From contig CBDCRL010000001.1 in assembly GCA_965220995.1 (NCBI GenBank), forward strand, positions 66,623-130,622: DNA of 64,000 nt, read 5' to 3'. A program made the translations under genes and the position numbers. The notes beneath the pieces were generated by a model, which saw only the letters and a program-made list of their open reading frames with translations, was not told the origin of the DNA and made no database searches. Shown one piece after another: positions 26,977 through 37,460 of this stretch (positions are counted from its first letter, which is position 1; each line of letters starts with the position of its first letter). This stretch comes from Acidimicrobiia bacterium. Its GTDB lineage: Bacteria; Actinomycetota; Acidimicrobiia; Spongiisociales; ZC4RG35.

Positions 26977-27984
26977 TTGATCGCTAGCCGGAGGATCATG
27001 GGACGAGCCAAATACGGGCTGACCTTGTCCAACCGAAGCGTTCTGCTGGGGCTGTCCACGGTGGATGAGATGGTGGACTTGGCCGTCCAGGCCGATCGGG
27101 CGGCGGTTTGGGATTCGGTGTGGCTGGGGGATTCGATCTTCGCCAAGCCGCGGGTCGACGCCTTTGTGGCGCTCGGGGCGTTGGCTGCCCGGACCGAACG
27201 GGTGAAACTGGGGGTGGGCTGTATGGCCAGCACACCGCTTCGGGACGCCTTGCTGATGGCCTATCAGTGGCTCAGTTTCGATTTCATGTGCGGGGGGCGG
27301 TCGATATTTGTGGCCTGCCAGGGGCAGCGAGAGGCGGGCGGGGGCAAGTTCGAGGAGGAATTCGCAAGCTTTGGAATCGATCCGGCCACCCGAAGCCGGC
27401 GCATGGAAGAGGCGGTTGAGATCCTGCGTTTGGTGTCGGAGACCGAAAACGCCTCCTACCAGGGGACTTATAACAGGTTTCGGGACGTGACCGTGCTCCC
27501 CCGACCGATACAGCGCCCTCTTCCCATCTGGATGACGGGCCACGCCAACCCCGCATTCCCCAAACTGTCCGAGAGGATTCTGCGGCGGGTGGCCCGGTTG
27601 GGGGATGGATGGATGACCACCGCCAACACGCCCGAGAGCCTCGCCTCCAACCTGGCCGCCATCAAGGGATACGGAGAGAAGGGGGGTCGCCCCCTGGGAG
27701 ACGACTTCGAAGCCTGCCTCTACTACAACATCCACGTCACCGAGGACCCCGACCGGGGAATGGACGAGGTGTTTTCCTACATGCGGGACTACTACAGCAC
27801 CGACTATGACCGGGCGTTTCTGCAAAGATGGGTGGCGATCGGCACTCCCGCCGAGTGCGTTCGGCGCATCAATCGGTTCGTCCGGGCCGGGGCCACCACC
27901 ATCACCCTCCGATTGGTCGGCTACGACGAAGCCCACCAGTTCCACAGGGTGACCCACGAGGTGCTACCGGCGCTGTTGGGTTAG
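26977..27984 (+). CDS. LLM-class flavin-dependent oxidoreductase
   Basis: DSVWLGDS, ALAARTERVKLG, PRPIQRPLPIWM and RVARLGDGW. Confidence 0.92.
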   Translation: MIASRRIMGRAKYGLTLSNRSVLLGLSTVDEMVDLAVQADRAAVWDSVWLGDSIFAKPRVDAFVALGALAARTERVKLGVGCMASTPLRDALLMAYQWLSFDFMCGGRSIFVACQGQREAGGGKFEEEFASFGIDPATRSRRMEEAVEILRLVSETENASYQGTYNRFRDVTVLPRPIQRPLPIWMTGHANPAFPKLSERILRRVARLGDGWMTTANTPESLASNLAAIKGYGEKGGRPLGDDFEACLYYNIHVTEDPDRGMDEVFSYMRDYYSTDYDRAFLQRWVAIGTPAECVRRINRFVRAGATTITLRLVGYDEAHQFHRVTHEVLPALLG

Positions 27985-27991
27985 GGCGACC

Positions 27992-28864
27992 ATGATCCAC
28001 CGTTTCGACCACGCGGTGATCGGCGTACCCGATCTGGAAGATGGCATGGCATCCTTTCGCCGGTTGGGATTGCAGGTGACCGAAGGGGGACGCCACCCTT
28101 CCCTGGGCACCCGCAACGCCATCGTGCGGTTCGGCCTTGACTACCTGGAGTTACTGACGGTGGAAGACCCGGAGCGGGCAGAGGAGCGGGGGCCGTTCGG
28201 AGCGCAACTGGTGGATTTCTTGAGAAAAACCTCGGGACTGGTGGGGTACGTGCTGGCCGGAACCGACCTGAGAAGACCAGCCGATGGGTTCAGGAACCTG
28301 GGAATAGAAGCCGACGGCCCCTTCGAGATGGACCGGATCCGTCCCGACGGCCGGCGACTGGAATGGCGGCTGGTGGTGCCGGGCGGATCGCCGTGGCGCA
28401 AACCATGGCCCTACCTGATCGACTGGATCACCCCCGAAGCCGATCTCCTGGACTGGGACCCTCCGGGGAACCATAAGTCGGGGATAACCGGTGTGGTGGG
28501 AATCGACCTGGTGGTAGAAGACCTGGCCGCGGCCACCCGACTCTACGACCAGGCCCTGGGACTTCGGTCTCACCGAGTATCCGCCTCGGAGTCTCCGGCT
28601 CCCGGGACGACCACCCGCAGTTGCCGATATCATTTGGGCAGAGTGTCCCTGAGTCTCAACCAACCCGCCGCTTCAGGGCCGATGGGGAGAGAACTGCACA
28701 GCCTGGGTCCGGGACCCTACCGTTTGATCCTTACCACCCCCGACATCTCCGACACCACCCGGGTGCTTGTCCGGCGGGGCGTTCCCTTTTGGGAAACCCC
28801 CGAGGGCCTCGACATCGACCCCGAGGCCGCCTCGGGGGTGCGGATCAGAATCTCCTCCGGTTAG
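27992..28864 (+). CDS. VOC/glyoxalase-like family protein
   Basis: FDHAVIGV..L, GGRHPSLGTRNAIVRFGLDYLELL, R.RPDG..LEW and PYLIDW. Confidence 0.88.
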   Translation: MIHRFDHAVIGVPDLEDGMASFRRLGLQVTEGGRHPSLGTRNAIVRFGLDYLELLTVEDPERAEERGPFGAQLVDFLRKTSGLVGYVLAGTDLRRPADGFRNLGIEADGPFEMDRIRPDGRRLEWRLVVPGGSPWRKPWPYLIDWITPEADLLDWDPPGNHKSGITGVVGIDLVVEDLAAATRLYDQALGLRSHRVSASESPAPGTTTRSCRYHLGRVSLSLNQPAASGPMGRELHSLGPGPYRLILTTPDISDTTRVLVRRGVPFWETPEGLDIDPEAASGVRIRISSG

Positions 28865-28865
28865 A

Positions 28866-30188
28866 TCAGGCTGTCACCACCTCACCGCCCTTGTACACCG
28901 CGGAGATCCGTTGGGTGTTGGTGATGTTCTCCAGAGGATCCGCGTCCAGAACCACCAGATCGGCCAGCTTGCGCTTTTCCACCGAGCCCAGTTCGTCGCC
29001 CTGGCCCAACAGATCTGCCGCCCGGCTGGTGGCGGCCACGATCGCATCCAGTTCCGAAAAGCCACAACCTTCCACCAGCAGGCGCAGTTCCTCGTGCATG
29101 CTGTGCCCGGGCACCACGTACGGGTTGGTGAGGTCGGTTCCCGCCGTGACGTTGACTCCCCCTTCCTGGGCGCGCCCGATGAACTCCATCTGATTGCGAA
29201 ATTCCACCGGCGCCTGCTCCCAGTCGGTCTCGCTGTAGTCGAACGGGTATGCGTACTGGCCCCACTGTTCCCGGACCGGTCCCGGCATCTCGTCGAGACC
29301 CGGCGGATTGACCGCTTCGGGCGTGTTGCCCGTCAGGATGGCCTGAGAGAGGGTGAGAGTGGGGGTTATATAGGTGCCCCGCTCCGCCATCAGAGCGATC
29401 AGGCCATCGGCCAGGTCCGACTGCGGATCGATGAATCGCCAGGGCTGAAAGCCGACCAGCGGGTCCAAAATCCGGCCCGTCAGGGCATTGAGTTCTTCCT
29501 TTCGCTCCTCGGGCACCAGTTCTCTCCCGATTCGAACGTGTTCCAGAGCGTCCACCCCCACCGTAACCGCCTCTTCCACCGTCACCATGTGGCCGACGTG
29601 AGCCGAAACCCGCACGCCCCGGCGATGAGCTTCGGACACCACCGCCCGCAGCACCGGAAGCCGCGCCCACACATACACCTTCAGAAAGTCCATGCCCTGG
29701 TCGATCAGTTTGGACGCCTCCCGCCGGGCCGACTCCTCGTCGTCGATGATGGCCAGCCACCTCCACGGCGCGGGAGGATCGGCCGGTCCGTCCAGGATGA
29801 CACCGGCGCCGAAAAAGCGAGGCCAGTCGGCCCGGCCCGCCTTGAAGGTGGAAAACACCTCGTCGGGATCAAAGTTGCCGGTGTCCCGAACCGTGGTCAC
29901 GCCATGACTCAGCAAAGTGGTCATGAACAGGTTCGCCAAAGACTTCGGGTCCTCCACCTGCAGGAAGGAATTGTCGGCCAGCACCCCCACATGGACATGA
30001 CAGTCGATCAGACCCGGGATAACCGTGGATCCGGAGATGTCCGTCACCTCCGCCCCGGAAGGAACTTCCCACTCTCCCCGCCGAAACACCGCATCAATGC
30101 GGTCCCCCTCTATCAAAATCACCGCGTCGTCGATCGGGTCCCTACCCGTACCGTCTATCACCCTTCCTCCCACCAACGCCTTCCTCAT
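28866..30188 (-). CDS. Amidohydrolase family protein
   Basis: PGLIDCHVH, GVTTVRD, DFLKVY, AGTD and GSVEKRKLADLVVL. Confidence 0.9.
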   Translation of the reverse strand: MRKALVGGRVIDGTGRDPIDDAVILIEGDRIDAVFRRGEWEVPSGAEVTDISGSTVIPGLIDCHVHVGVLADNSFLQVEDPKSLANLFMTTLLSHGVTTVRDTGNFDPDEVFSTFKAGRADWPRFFGAGVILDGPADPPAPWRWLAIIDDEESARREASKLIDQGMDFLKVYVWARLPVLRAVVSEAHRRGVRVSAHVGHMVTVEEAVTVGVDALEHVRIGRELVPEERKEELNALTGRILDPLVGFQPWRFIDPQSDLADGLIALMAERGTYITPTLTLSQAILTGNTPEAVNPPGLDEMPGPVREQWGQYAYPFDYSETDWEQAPVEFRNQMEFIGRAQEGGVNVTAGTDLTNPYVVPGHSMHEELRLLVEGCGFSELDAIVAATSRAADLLGQGDELGSVEKRKLADLVVLDADPLENITNTQRISAVYKGGEVVTA

Positions 30189-30273
30189 GTCTGTGTCCTT
30201 TCGCTCGGATTGCCATAAATCTAATCACAGCACCCGCTTGGAACCCTCCGGAAAACGACCGGTGGAGATGGGG

Positions 30274-31491
30274 CTATTGGTGATCGGGAGCGTACAGGTG
30301 CCCCATGCGGGACGCCTTGGTCTCCAGGTAACGGCGGTTTTGATCATTGGGGGCCACCGCCAAGGGAACCCGTTCCCGGATGGTGAGGCCGTAGCCCTCG
30401 ATGCCTGCCCTTTTGACCGGATTGTTGGTCAGAAGGTGCATCGACCGGACCCCCAGGTCATAAAGAATCTGGGCGCCCACCCCATAGTCGCGGGCGTCCA
30501 CCGGCAGCCCCAGTTTCTGGTTGGCCTCCACCGTGTCCAGACCCTGATCCTGCAGGTTGTAGGCGTCCATCTTGGGAAAGAACCCGATTCCCCGGCCCTC
30601 ATGGCCGCGAATGTAGAGCACCACCCCCCGGCCTTCCTCGGCCACCTTGGCCATGGCCAGGTTCAACTGCTCCCCGCAGTCGCAGCGAATACTCCCGAAA
30701 ACATCGCCGGTGAGACATTCCGAATGCACCCGCACCAGTACGTCTTCACCGTCCCCGATCTCCCCCGCCACCATGGCGACGTGCTGGCGGCCGTCCACCA
30801 GAGACCGGTATCCGAAGGTCCGAAACTCCCCCACTGCGGTGGGAATACGGGCGCTGACCACCCGCTCAACAAGTTTGTCCTCGGTTCTGCGGCGATACTC
30901 GATAAGATCTGCCACCGATCCGATCAGCAGGTCGTGTTCTTCGGCGAATACGGCCAGGTCCTCGAGCTTGGCCACCTCGCCCTGGTCGTTCATGACCTCG
31001 GCGATCACCCCCGCCGGGTACAACCCGGCCAACCGGGCCAGATCGACCGCCGCTTCGGTATGCCCGGCTCGTCTCAAAACCCCTCCGGGCTGATAACGAA
31101 GTGGGTAGACGTGACCGGGACGATCAATATCGGCCGGGCGGGTCTCGGGATCGATCATGGTCCGCACCGTCCTGGTCCGGTCGGCGGCCGATATCCCGGT
31201 GGTTACGCCGTGGCGGGCGTCAACGGCCACCGTAAAGGCGGTCCCCAGGTCGGAGGGGTCCTTGCGAGGAATCATCAGGGGTATTTCCAGTTCGTCCAGC
31301 CGCTCCCCGATGATCGGGAGACAGATGATGCCGCTGGTATGTCGGATCAGAAAGCCCATCTGCTGGGGGGTGATCTTCTCGGCGGCCATGATCAGATCCC
31401 CCTCGTTCTCCCGATCCGGATCGTCCACCACGATCACCATCCGACCATCCCGCATCTCGTCGAGCAACTCAGGAATAGAAGCGAATTTCAA
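30274..31491 (-). CDS. ribBA: Bifunctional DHBP synthase / GTP cyclohydrolase II
   Basis: [48 protein letters not shown] and LLTNNP. Confidence 0.97.
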   Translation of the reverse strand: MKFASIPELLDEMRDGRMVIVVDDPDRENEGDLIMAAEKITPQQMGFLIRHTSGIICLPIIGERLDELEIPLMIPRKDPSDLGTAFTVAVDARHGVTTGISAADRTRTVRTMIDPETRPADIDRPGHVYPLRYQPGGVLRRAGHTEAAVDLARLAGLYPAGVIAEVMNDQGEVAKLEDLAVFAEEHDLLIGSVADLIEYRRRTEDKLVERVVSARIPTAVGEFRTFGYRSLVDGRQHVAMVAGEIGDGEDVLVRVHSECLTGDVFGSIRCDCGEQLNLAMAKVAEEGRGVVLYIRGHEGRGIGFFPKMDAYNLQDQGLDTVEANQKLGLPVDARDYGVGAQILYDLGVRSMHLLTNNPVKRAGIEGYGLTIRERVPLAVAPNDQNRRYLETKASRMGHLYAPDHQ

Positions 31492-32081
31492 GTGCGCAAC
31501 CCCAAAAGCCTTTCCACATACTTGGCCAGGATGTCCACTTCAAGATTAGCCCGGTGACCCACCGCCCAATTCCCCAGGGTGGTGACCTCCAGGGTGTGAG
31601 GGATCAGTGCGACCTGAAAGGACCCCCGATCCACCGCGGTGACCGTCAGAGCCACTCCGTCCACCGCCACCGAGCCCTTGTAGACCAGATACCGCTCCAA
31701 TCCGTCGGGAACCGAAACCGAGACCCGTTGGCCGTCACCCTCCGACAGGATCTCTTCCACCACCCCCACCCCGTCAACATGCCCCTGCACTATGTGTCCG
31801 TCCAGCCTTCCACCGATGGGCAGAGGGCGCTCCAGGTTGACCGCCGAGCCTCCGGCCAACCCGTCCAGGTTGCTTCGAGCCAGGGTCTCAGCCACGGCCT
31901 CCACCCAGAATCGGGGAGGTTCGACCCGCACGGCGGTCAGACAAATCCCATTGACCGCCACCGACCCGCCCACCGGCAGTCCTTTTGTGGTGCGGGGAGC
32001 CGCAATCCCCAAACGCTTCCCCCGATCGGTCCCGCGGCAGTCCACCACTTCGCCCACTTCGCCCACTATGCCCGTAAACAT
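31488..32081 (-). CDS. ribE: Riboflavin synthase (alpha chain)
   Basis: [31 protein letters not shown] and [10 protein letters not shown]; GAGGAGG RBS. Confidence 0.96.
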   Translation of the reverse strand: MFTGIVGEVGEVVDCRGTDRGKRLGIAAPRTTKGLPVGGSVAVNGICLTAVRVEPPRFWVEAVAETLARSNLDGLAGGSAVNLERPLPIGGRLDGHIVQGHVDGVGVVEEILSEGDGQRVSVSVPDGLERYLVYKGSVAVDGVALTVTAVDRGSFQVALIPHTLEVTTLGNWAVGHRANLEVDILAKYVERLLGLRT

Positions 32082-32124
32082 CAATCCTCCTCAGAGCCTG
32101 CGCGGGTAGGTGATTTGGGGAGGG

Positions 32125-32352
32125 TCGCGAAAAATAGGATGGCCGATGACTTGACTTTGTCCCCGAGGCGCCACACAGTGATACAAGTCAAGCACCTCCC
32201 GGTCTGTTCCGACGTCGACCAGACCGGCCGCAGGGAACATATCCTCGGGAAAGCGAAATCCTGTTCTGCGTGACGGATTCGCGTCCCGACCCCAGGAAAG
32301 GTGGTGGCGGGGGAGGGCCCTCGGGACAGAAATTTCAGGGCCGTTTTCGCGA
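32125..32352 (-). ncRNA. Candidate structured cis-regulatory RNA of unknown family between ribD and ribE
   Basis: Outer stem 32125-33/32344-52 encloses four hairpins; an anti-SD-like CCCUCC lies just 3' of it; no FMN aptamer consensus recognised. Confidence 0.45.
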
Positions 32353-32392
32353 AATAGCGTCTGATTTCACAAGTTCTCATTGCCGCCCGACC

Positions 32393-33472
32393 TTACCCGC
32401 TATCCCTCTTGGAACGTCTCCACGCCACTCTCAGGTCCGCCCCCACGCGTCGCACATCCTCGATCTTGATCCCGCGGGCATCCGACAGGGTGGTAAACGG
32501 CCCGCTCATCACCGGCAGTCCTTCTCCCCCGGCCATGCGCGCCGCCAGATAGAACACGCCCCGATCAATCAGTCCGGCTCTCCACAAGGCGCCCGCCAGC
32601 CGGGGACCTCCCTCCACCAACACCTCCAAGATACCCCGTTTTCCCAGGGCCGAAGCCGCCGCCGACAGGTCCACCAGCCCGTCTCGACCGGGCGCCACAA
32701 TCTGCCGCCCCTCGGCAAATCCCTCCACCGGGACGGGGACCACGATCAGTGGTTGTCTCTCCCAGAGTTGGCGAATCTCGGGCAGAGGGGCGCCCCCGGC
32801 CACCACCACCGCCTGAGGTTGAGGACCCTCATGGCCCGGGATCCGAACCGTCAGCCGGGGATCGTCGGCCCGCAGTGTCCCGGCGCCCACCATCACCGCA
32901 TCAGCCGCCGCCCGCAGACGATGGCCGTCCTGCCGGGCCTTTGGGCCGGAAATCCATTGAGAGGTTCCATCGGAAGCGGCCATCCAGCCGTCCAGGGTGG
33001 CAGCCGCCTTGAGAGTGAAGAGAGGTCGTCCGGTGCGCCGATGATGAAAATAACCGGGATCGGCTTCTTCCACCTCATCGGTGAGGATCGGTCCGTGTAC
33101 CTCCACACCGGCGGACTCCAGTATCGCCCTGCTCCGTCCGGCCACCCGAGAATCGGGATCGAGGGCGCCCACCACCACCGACGCCACCCCCGCAGTCATG
33201 ATGCGATCAACACAGGGAGGGGTCCGTCCGTGGTGCACACACGGTTCCAAGGTGGTGACCACCACCCCGCCCCGGGCCCGCTCTCCCGCCTCATCCAACG
33301 CCAGCACCTCGGCATGGGGACCACCCGCACCCCGGTGAACGCCACTTGACACCTGCCGTCCCTCCGAATCGAGAACCAGGGCGGCCACCCTGGGATTGGG
33401 ATGCGGGTGGACCGAAACAGCCATGGCCAAGGCCCGGCGCAGGAGACGGCGCTTGGGAGCAACGGCGATCAT
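32393..33472 (-). CDS. ribD: Riboflavin biosynthesis deaminase/reductase RibD
   Basis: PNPRV, HAE, TLEPCVHHGRTPPC, KAAATLDG and VLVEGG; start approximate. Confidence 0.95.
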   Translation of the reverse strand: MIAVAPKRRLLRRALAMAVSVHPHPNPRVAALVLDSEGRQVSSGVHRGAGGPHAEVLALDEAGERARGGVVVTTLEPCVHHGRTPPCVDRIMTAGVASVVVGALDPDSRVAGRSRAILESAGVEVHGPILTDEVEEADPGYFHHRRTGRPLFTLKAAATLDGWMAASDGTSQWISGPKARQDGHRLRAAADAVMVGAGTLRADDPRLTVRIPGHEGPQPQAVVVAGGAPLPEIRQLWERQPLIVVPVPVEGFAEGRQIVAPGRDGLVDLSAAASALGKRGILEVLVEGGPRLAGALWRAGLIDRGVFYLAARMAGGEGLPVMSGPFTTLSDARGIKIEDVRRVGADLRVAWRRSKRDSG

Positions 33473-33479
33473 GGCGGCG

Positions 33480-34172
33480 CTAGACCCCCGACAACGACAG
33501 GGTGTCGGCGATGGCCATTCGCAAGTCCTCCGCCGCGCGCCTTGGGTCGGACTGACCGAGAATGGCGGTTCCCGCCACAAATACATCTGCGCCGGCGGCG
33601 GCGGCCAGGGGAGCGGTGGTCACATCGATACCTCCGTCAATTTGCAGGGCGGTCTGAAGTCCTTCCTGGTCGATCCAAGCTCGGATGGTCTCCACCTTGG
33701 AAAGAGTGGCCGGCATAAAACTCTGCCCGCCGAACCCCGGCTCGACCGACATCACCACCACCATGTCCAGATAGGCAAGATGGGGACGCACCACCGAAGC
33801 GGGAACCGCCGGGGAAAGGGCCAGCCCGAATTGCAGTCCCAACTCGTGGGCGCGGCGGATAGCCGGAGCAGGATCGGGACACACGTCGGTGTGCACAGTG
33901 ACGTGATCGGCGCCCGCCTCGGCGAGCGGCGCCAGGAGATCGAGAGGCCGGGAAACCATCAGGTGGCAATCAAAAAAGCTGGTCAGGCCCGGACGGACCC
34001 ATTCGATCACCGGAGGGCCGAAGGTCAGGTTGGGAACGTAAACGCCGTCCATCACATCCAGATGGAACATGTCGACCACCGGGGCCACTGCCTGCATCTC
34101 CGATCGGAGACTCCCCAGATCAGCAGCCAGGACCGAAGGGGCCACGCGAAACTTTCGGATCACAGGCTCCAA
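33480..34172 (-). CDS. rpe: Ribulose-phosphate 3-epimerase
   Basis: APSVLAAD, HLDVMDGVYVPN, DCHLMV, MSVEPGFGGQ and IDGGI. Confidence 0.97.
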   Translation of the reverse strand: MEPVIRKFRVAPSVLAADLGSLRSEMQAVAPVVDMFHLDVMDGVYVPNLTFGPPVIEWVRPGLTSFFDCHLMVSRPLDLLAPLAEAGADHVTVHTDVCPDPAPAIRRAHELGLQFGLALSPAVPASVVRPHLAYLDMVVVMSVEPGFGGQSFMPATLSKVETIRAWIDQEGLQTALQIDGGIDVTTAPLAAAAGADVFVAGTAILGQSDPRRAAEDLRMAIADTLSLSGV

Positions 34173-34191
34173 GACTAACTTTCGGACCCTC

Positions 34192-35112
34192 TCATCCGGC
34201 GGTCAGAAATCCCAGCTTGCCTCTCACCCCCCTGGCCCAGGCCGCAGCCGCCATCACTCTCTTACCGGACGGTTGGATTTCATCGAGGATCAAGGCGCCC
34301 TCGCCGCTGCCGCACCACACTTTTCCGTCCGTTGAGGCCAACTCCCCCGGCCGCAGGGGAAAAGGGGGGTCTGTGAAGAAGCGGGCTGACAGGATCTTCA
34401 TCCGGTTTCCCTCCCACCGGGCGTAAGCGCCGGGACGGGGCGCCAAGGCCCTCACCTGCCGGGCCAACTCCTGCGCCGGTCGGTGGAAGTGCATTTGGGC
34501 GTCTTCCGGTCGCAAACGGGGTGCGTAGGTGGCGTCCCGCTCCAACTGAGGCTTTTCCTTCCAATCCCCCGCCCAAAGGACCGGCCATTGCTTCGCCAAC
34601 AGTTCCGCTCCCAGAAGCGACAGCCGTTCGGTCAGGGTTCCCCGGTTGTCCTCGCCACTGATCGGAACGGAGACGGAAGCCAGCACGGGACCGGTGTCAA
34701 GACCTTCGGTGATGCGCATCAGGCTCACACCGGTCACCGGATCACCGGCCGCGATGGCGGCCGCCACCGGCGCCGCTCCCCGCCAGCGGGGCAGGAGGGA
34801 AAAGTGAACATTCACAAAGCCCAACTCGGGTATTTGCAGCATCGCCGGAGTGAGAAGCATCCCATAGGCCACCACCACCCCCATCCGCAGTGGACCCACC
34901 GACCGCAACGCCTGCTCCAATTCTCTCCGGTTCTCCGGGCACGCCACCGCCAACCCCAATTCGATGGCGGCTTTCTTCACCTCCGAGGGGGTCCTTTTGG
35001 ACGATCGCCCCCGTCGTCGGTCTCCCCGGGTTATCACCAGGGCGATCTCACTGCGCTGCGACAGAGCACGGAGAGGGGGAACCGCCGCCGCGGGGGTTCC
35101 CAGGAAAACCAC
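34192..35112 (-). CDS. fmt: Methionyl-tRNA formyltransferase
   Basis: FLGTP, VVAYG, NVHFSLLPRWRGAAP and GLDTGP. Confidence 0.96.
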   Translation of the reverse strand: MVFLGTPAAAVPPLRALSQRSEIALVITRGDRRRGRSSKRTPSEVKKAAIELGLAVACPENRRELEQALRSVGPLRMGVVVAYGMLLTPAMLQIPELGFVNVHFSLLPRWRGAAPVAAAIAAGDPVTGVSLMRITEGLDTGPVLASVSVPISGEDNRGTLTERLSLLGAELLAKQWPVLWAGDWKEKPQLERDATYAPRLRPEDAQMHFHRPAQELARQVRALAPRPGAYARWEGNRMKILSARFFTDPPFPLRPGELASTDGKVWCGSGEGALILDEIQPSGKRVMAAAAWARGVRGKLGFLTAG

Positions 35113-35141
35113 CCCCTGGTGCGGGGAACCGGTAGCCGTGG

Positions 35142-35636
35142 CTATCCCAATGCGTTTTCCCTGATGCTCCGCAGGGCCTGCCTGCGCACCCTGCGATCAA
35201 GCCGCTCCAGCAACAGCACGCCGTTGAGGTGATCCAACTCATGCTGCAGCACCCGGCCCAGGAGTTCATCGCCCCCATATTCCACCGGAGCGCCGGAGAG
35301 GTCCAGTCCTCGGACCACTGCCCAGGACGGACGGCGAATCGGCCAAAAATACTCGGGCACCGACAAGCATCCTTCGTCGTACTCCCACTCTCCGGAAGTC
35401 TCCACCAACTCCGGGTTGATGACCACCTGCGGGCCCTGCTCATCACCGATGTCGAACACGAACACCCGACGGCCCACCCCCACCTGCGGCGCGGCCAGAC
35501 CCACCCCGGGAGCGTCGTACATGGTCTCGATCATGTCCTCCACCAGTTTCTTGGTCCGACCATCGATCCCTTCCACCTCCCTGGAGGCAGATCGCAACAC
35601 GGGGTCGCCGAACACGCGGATGGGAAGTACTGCCAC
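35142..35636 (-). CDS. def: Peptide deformylase
   Basis: GVGLAAPQ, EGCLS and QHELDHL. Confidence 0.98.
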   Translation of the reverse strand: MAVLPIRVFGDPVLRSASREVEGIDGRTKKLVEDMIETMYDAPGVGLAAPQVGVGRRVFVFDIGDEQGPQVVINPELVETSGEWEYDEGCLSVPEYFWPIRRPSWAVVRGLDLSGAPVEYGGDELLGRVLQHELDHLNGVLLLERLDRRVRRQALRSIRENALG

Positions 35637-35651
35637 AAGCGCTACCCGATT

Positions 35652-37460
35652 TTAGAGATCCACCGGATCGACATCCACCCGCACCGAAAAGCCCCGATGC
35701 CTCCAACGGGCCACCAGGGGGCGCAACCGGTGTTTGGTATCCCACAGGTCGCCTCCTTCCACCAACCAGCGCAGGCCGGAAGAGAACTCCGCCGGGCCGT
35801 GCACCGAAACCCCCCGGCTCTCCAACCCGCCGATCTCCCCGCCGATCCGACCGCCGGCCTTCGGTTCGATCCCCCGCACCTCGATCGCCATCAACTGACC
35901 CTGCGGTGGGAACCCGGCTTCCACCCGGCGGTCCAACTCCTCCTGCAGAAAGGCAACCCCCTCCCCCTTGCGCAGGGCCGACAACACCCGATGGCCGGGC
36001 GTGGAGGTCTGCACCATGAGTCTCCGTCCGGTTCCCGGAGCAAGATGTCCGGCCAGGCGCACCATGACCCGAAGGGCCTCCTCGTCGGCCCGGTAGTGGG
36101 GAGCGTAGAGCAACCCATCGGCGTCCACCACCACGACCAGGTCGAACTCCGCCGCTCCGGCCAGCGAGGCCTCGGTGCCCACCTTGACCGGCGCCGACCC
36201 CCCCACCAATCCCACCCGACTCTCCCCCAGAAAACGACGCAGTTCGCCGCGCACCCGCTCCACCCCGGCGCCCAGGGGTTCAAAGAAATGCTTTCCGCAC
36301 TTGCGGCAGTCTCCCAACTGCGTCCCGCACCTCTGGCAGGCCGGCCCCTTCTCCGCCCGCCCTCCGCAGTTCGGACAGCGGCGGAGCGTCCGACAGGCGG
36401 CACAGCGCATGGCGGGGGCGTATCCCCGTCGATGGGCAAACACAAAGGCGCCCTTTCCCGAGGAAGCGACCTCAAGAGCCCGCAGGGTGCGGTGGTGAAA
36501 CAGGCCCCGTCGGCCACCCTCTCTTCGGTCGACCACCTCGACCTGCCCCCACAAACGGCGATGGCCGCGACTGTAAAAGAGATCGGGGCCCAGCGCCAGG
36601 ACATCCACGCTGGGGAAGGCGCCCACCACGGCCAGAATCGAGCCTTCCCGGATGGCCCGTTCCCGGAGAACGCGCCAGGTTGCCACAGTGGGCGCCTGAC
36701 GGCTCTTGTGGGCGCGGCGCCCGTCCTCCAACACCACCAGCAGGCCGGGAGACGCCATGGGCCACAGGGTCACCCCCGGGGTTCCCACCAACACCATTCC
36801 TCCGTCTTCGATCGCCAACCTTCCCCACACCACGGTTTTTTGCCGATGGGAATGGCGGGGGCCGGCCCCCAATACCCGACCGGGGAAAATCCGGCGGAGG
36901 AGGCGGGTGGTCCGCTCCTCCTCCAAAGAGGTGGGCGCCACCACCATCACCGACCGCCCGGCTTCCAGCACCGGACCCAACAGGGGCCCCATCCACTCGG
37001 GATCCGCCGGGTTGATCAAGAGGCATCCCGGTCTTCTGCGCCGCCCCGACGCGGCATCCTCCCCCAACCGGGCGGCTTCATGGTCGCCACCCACCGGGGA
37101 AGCAGGCATCCGGGGCTCCTGCTCCCGGGGGGGTCGTCGGGGGGCGTTGGGAGGCGCGGTTTTCGCCAGGATCGTGGAGAGGGGACTTACGTAATGATGG
37201 GCCGCCCAACGGCACACCGAGAGCAGAGCGTCATCGAAGACCGGCAAATCACCGCTCACCGAGGTGACCGGCTTCAGCTTCCGGGGCGTTCCGCTGCCCT
37301 GCTCCACCACGTATCCGGCGGTGTATCCCGCTCCCAGGGGAACACGCACCTTGCTACCCAGGCCGATCCGGCCGGTCAGCTTGGCTGGTACCGAATACCA
37401 GAATCCCTGGTCCACCTCAAAGGCGGGTACCCCCGGGACCACCCGGACCGCGGGAATCAC
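35652..37460 (-). CDS. priA: Primosomal protein N' (PriA), helicase motifs degenerate
   Basis: 3'-DNA-binding N-terminus (GSKVRVPLG), four CxxC pairs, GVER and VGTE; Walker A and DExH are not recognisable; conserved metK-priA-def context. Confidence 0.85.
   Translation of the reverse strand: MIPAVRVVPGVPAFEVDQGFWYSVPAKLTGRIGLGSKVRVPLGAGYTAGYVVEQGSGTPRKLKPVTSVSGDLPVFDDALLSVCRWAAHHYVSPLSTILAKTAPPNAPRRPPREQEPRMPASPVGGDHEAARLGEDAASGRRRRPGCLLINPADPEWMGPLLGPVLEAGRSVMVVAPTSLEEERTTRLLRRIFPGRVLGAGPRHSHRQKTVVWGRLAIEDGGMVLVGTPGVTLWPMASPGLLVVLEDGRRAHKSRQAPTVATWRVLRERAIREGSILAVVGAFPSVDVLALGPDLFYSRGHRRLWGQVEVVDRREGGRRGLFHHRTLRALEVASSGKGAFVFAHRRGYAPAMRCAACRTLRRCPNCGGRAEKGPACQRCGTQLGDCRKCGKHFFEPLGAGVERVRGELRRFLGESRVGLVGGSAPVKVGTEASLAGAAEFDLVVVVDADGLLYAPHYRADEEALRVMVRLAGHLAPGTGRRLMVQTSTPGHRVLSALRKGEGVAFLQEELDRRVEAGFPPQGQLMAIEVRGIEPKAGGRIGGEIGGLESRGVSVHGPAEFSSGLRWLVEGGDLWDTKHRLRPLVARWRHRGFSVRVDVDPVDL

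Noticed and set aside
32085-32392. FMN riboswitch call
   Set aside because: The position fits, but the conserved aptamer strings were not found on either strand; reported as an unknown structured element instead.
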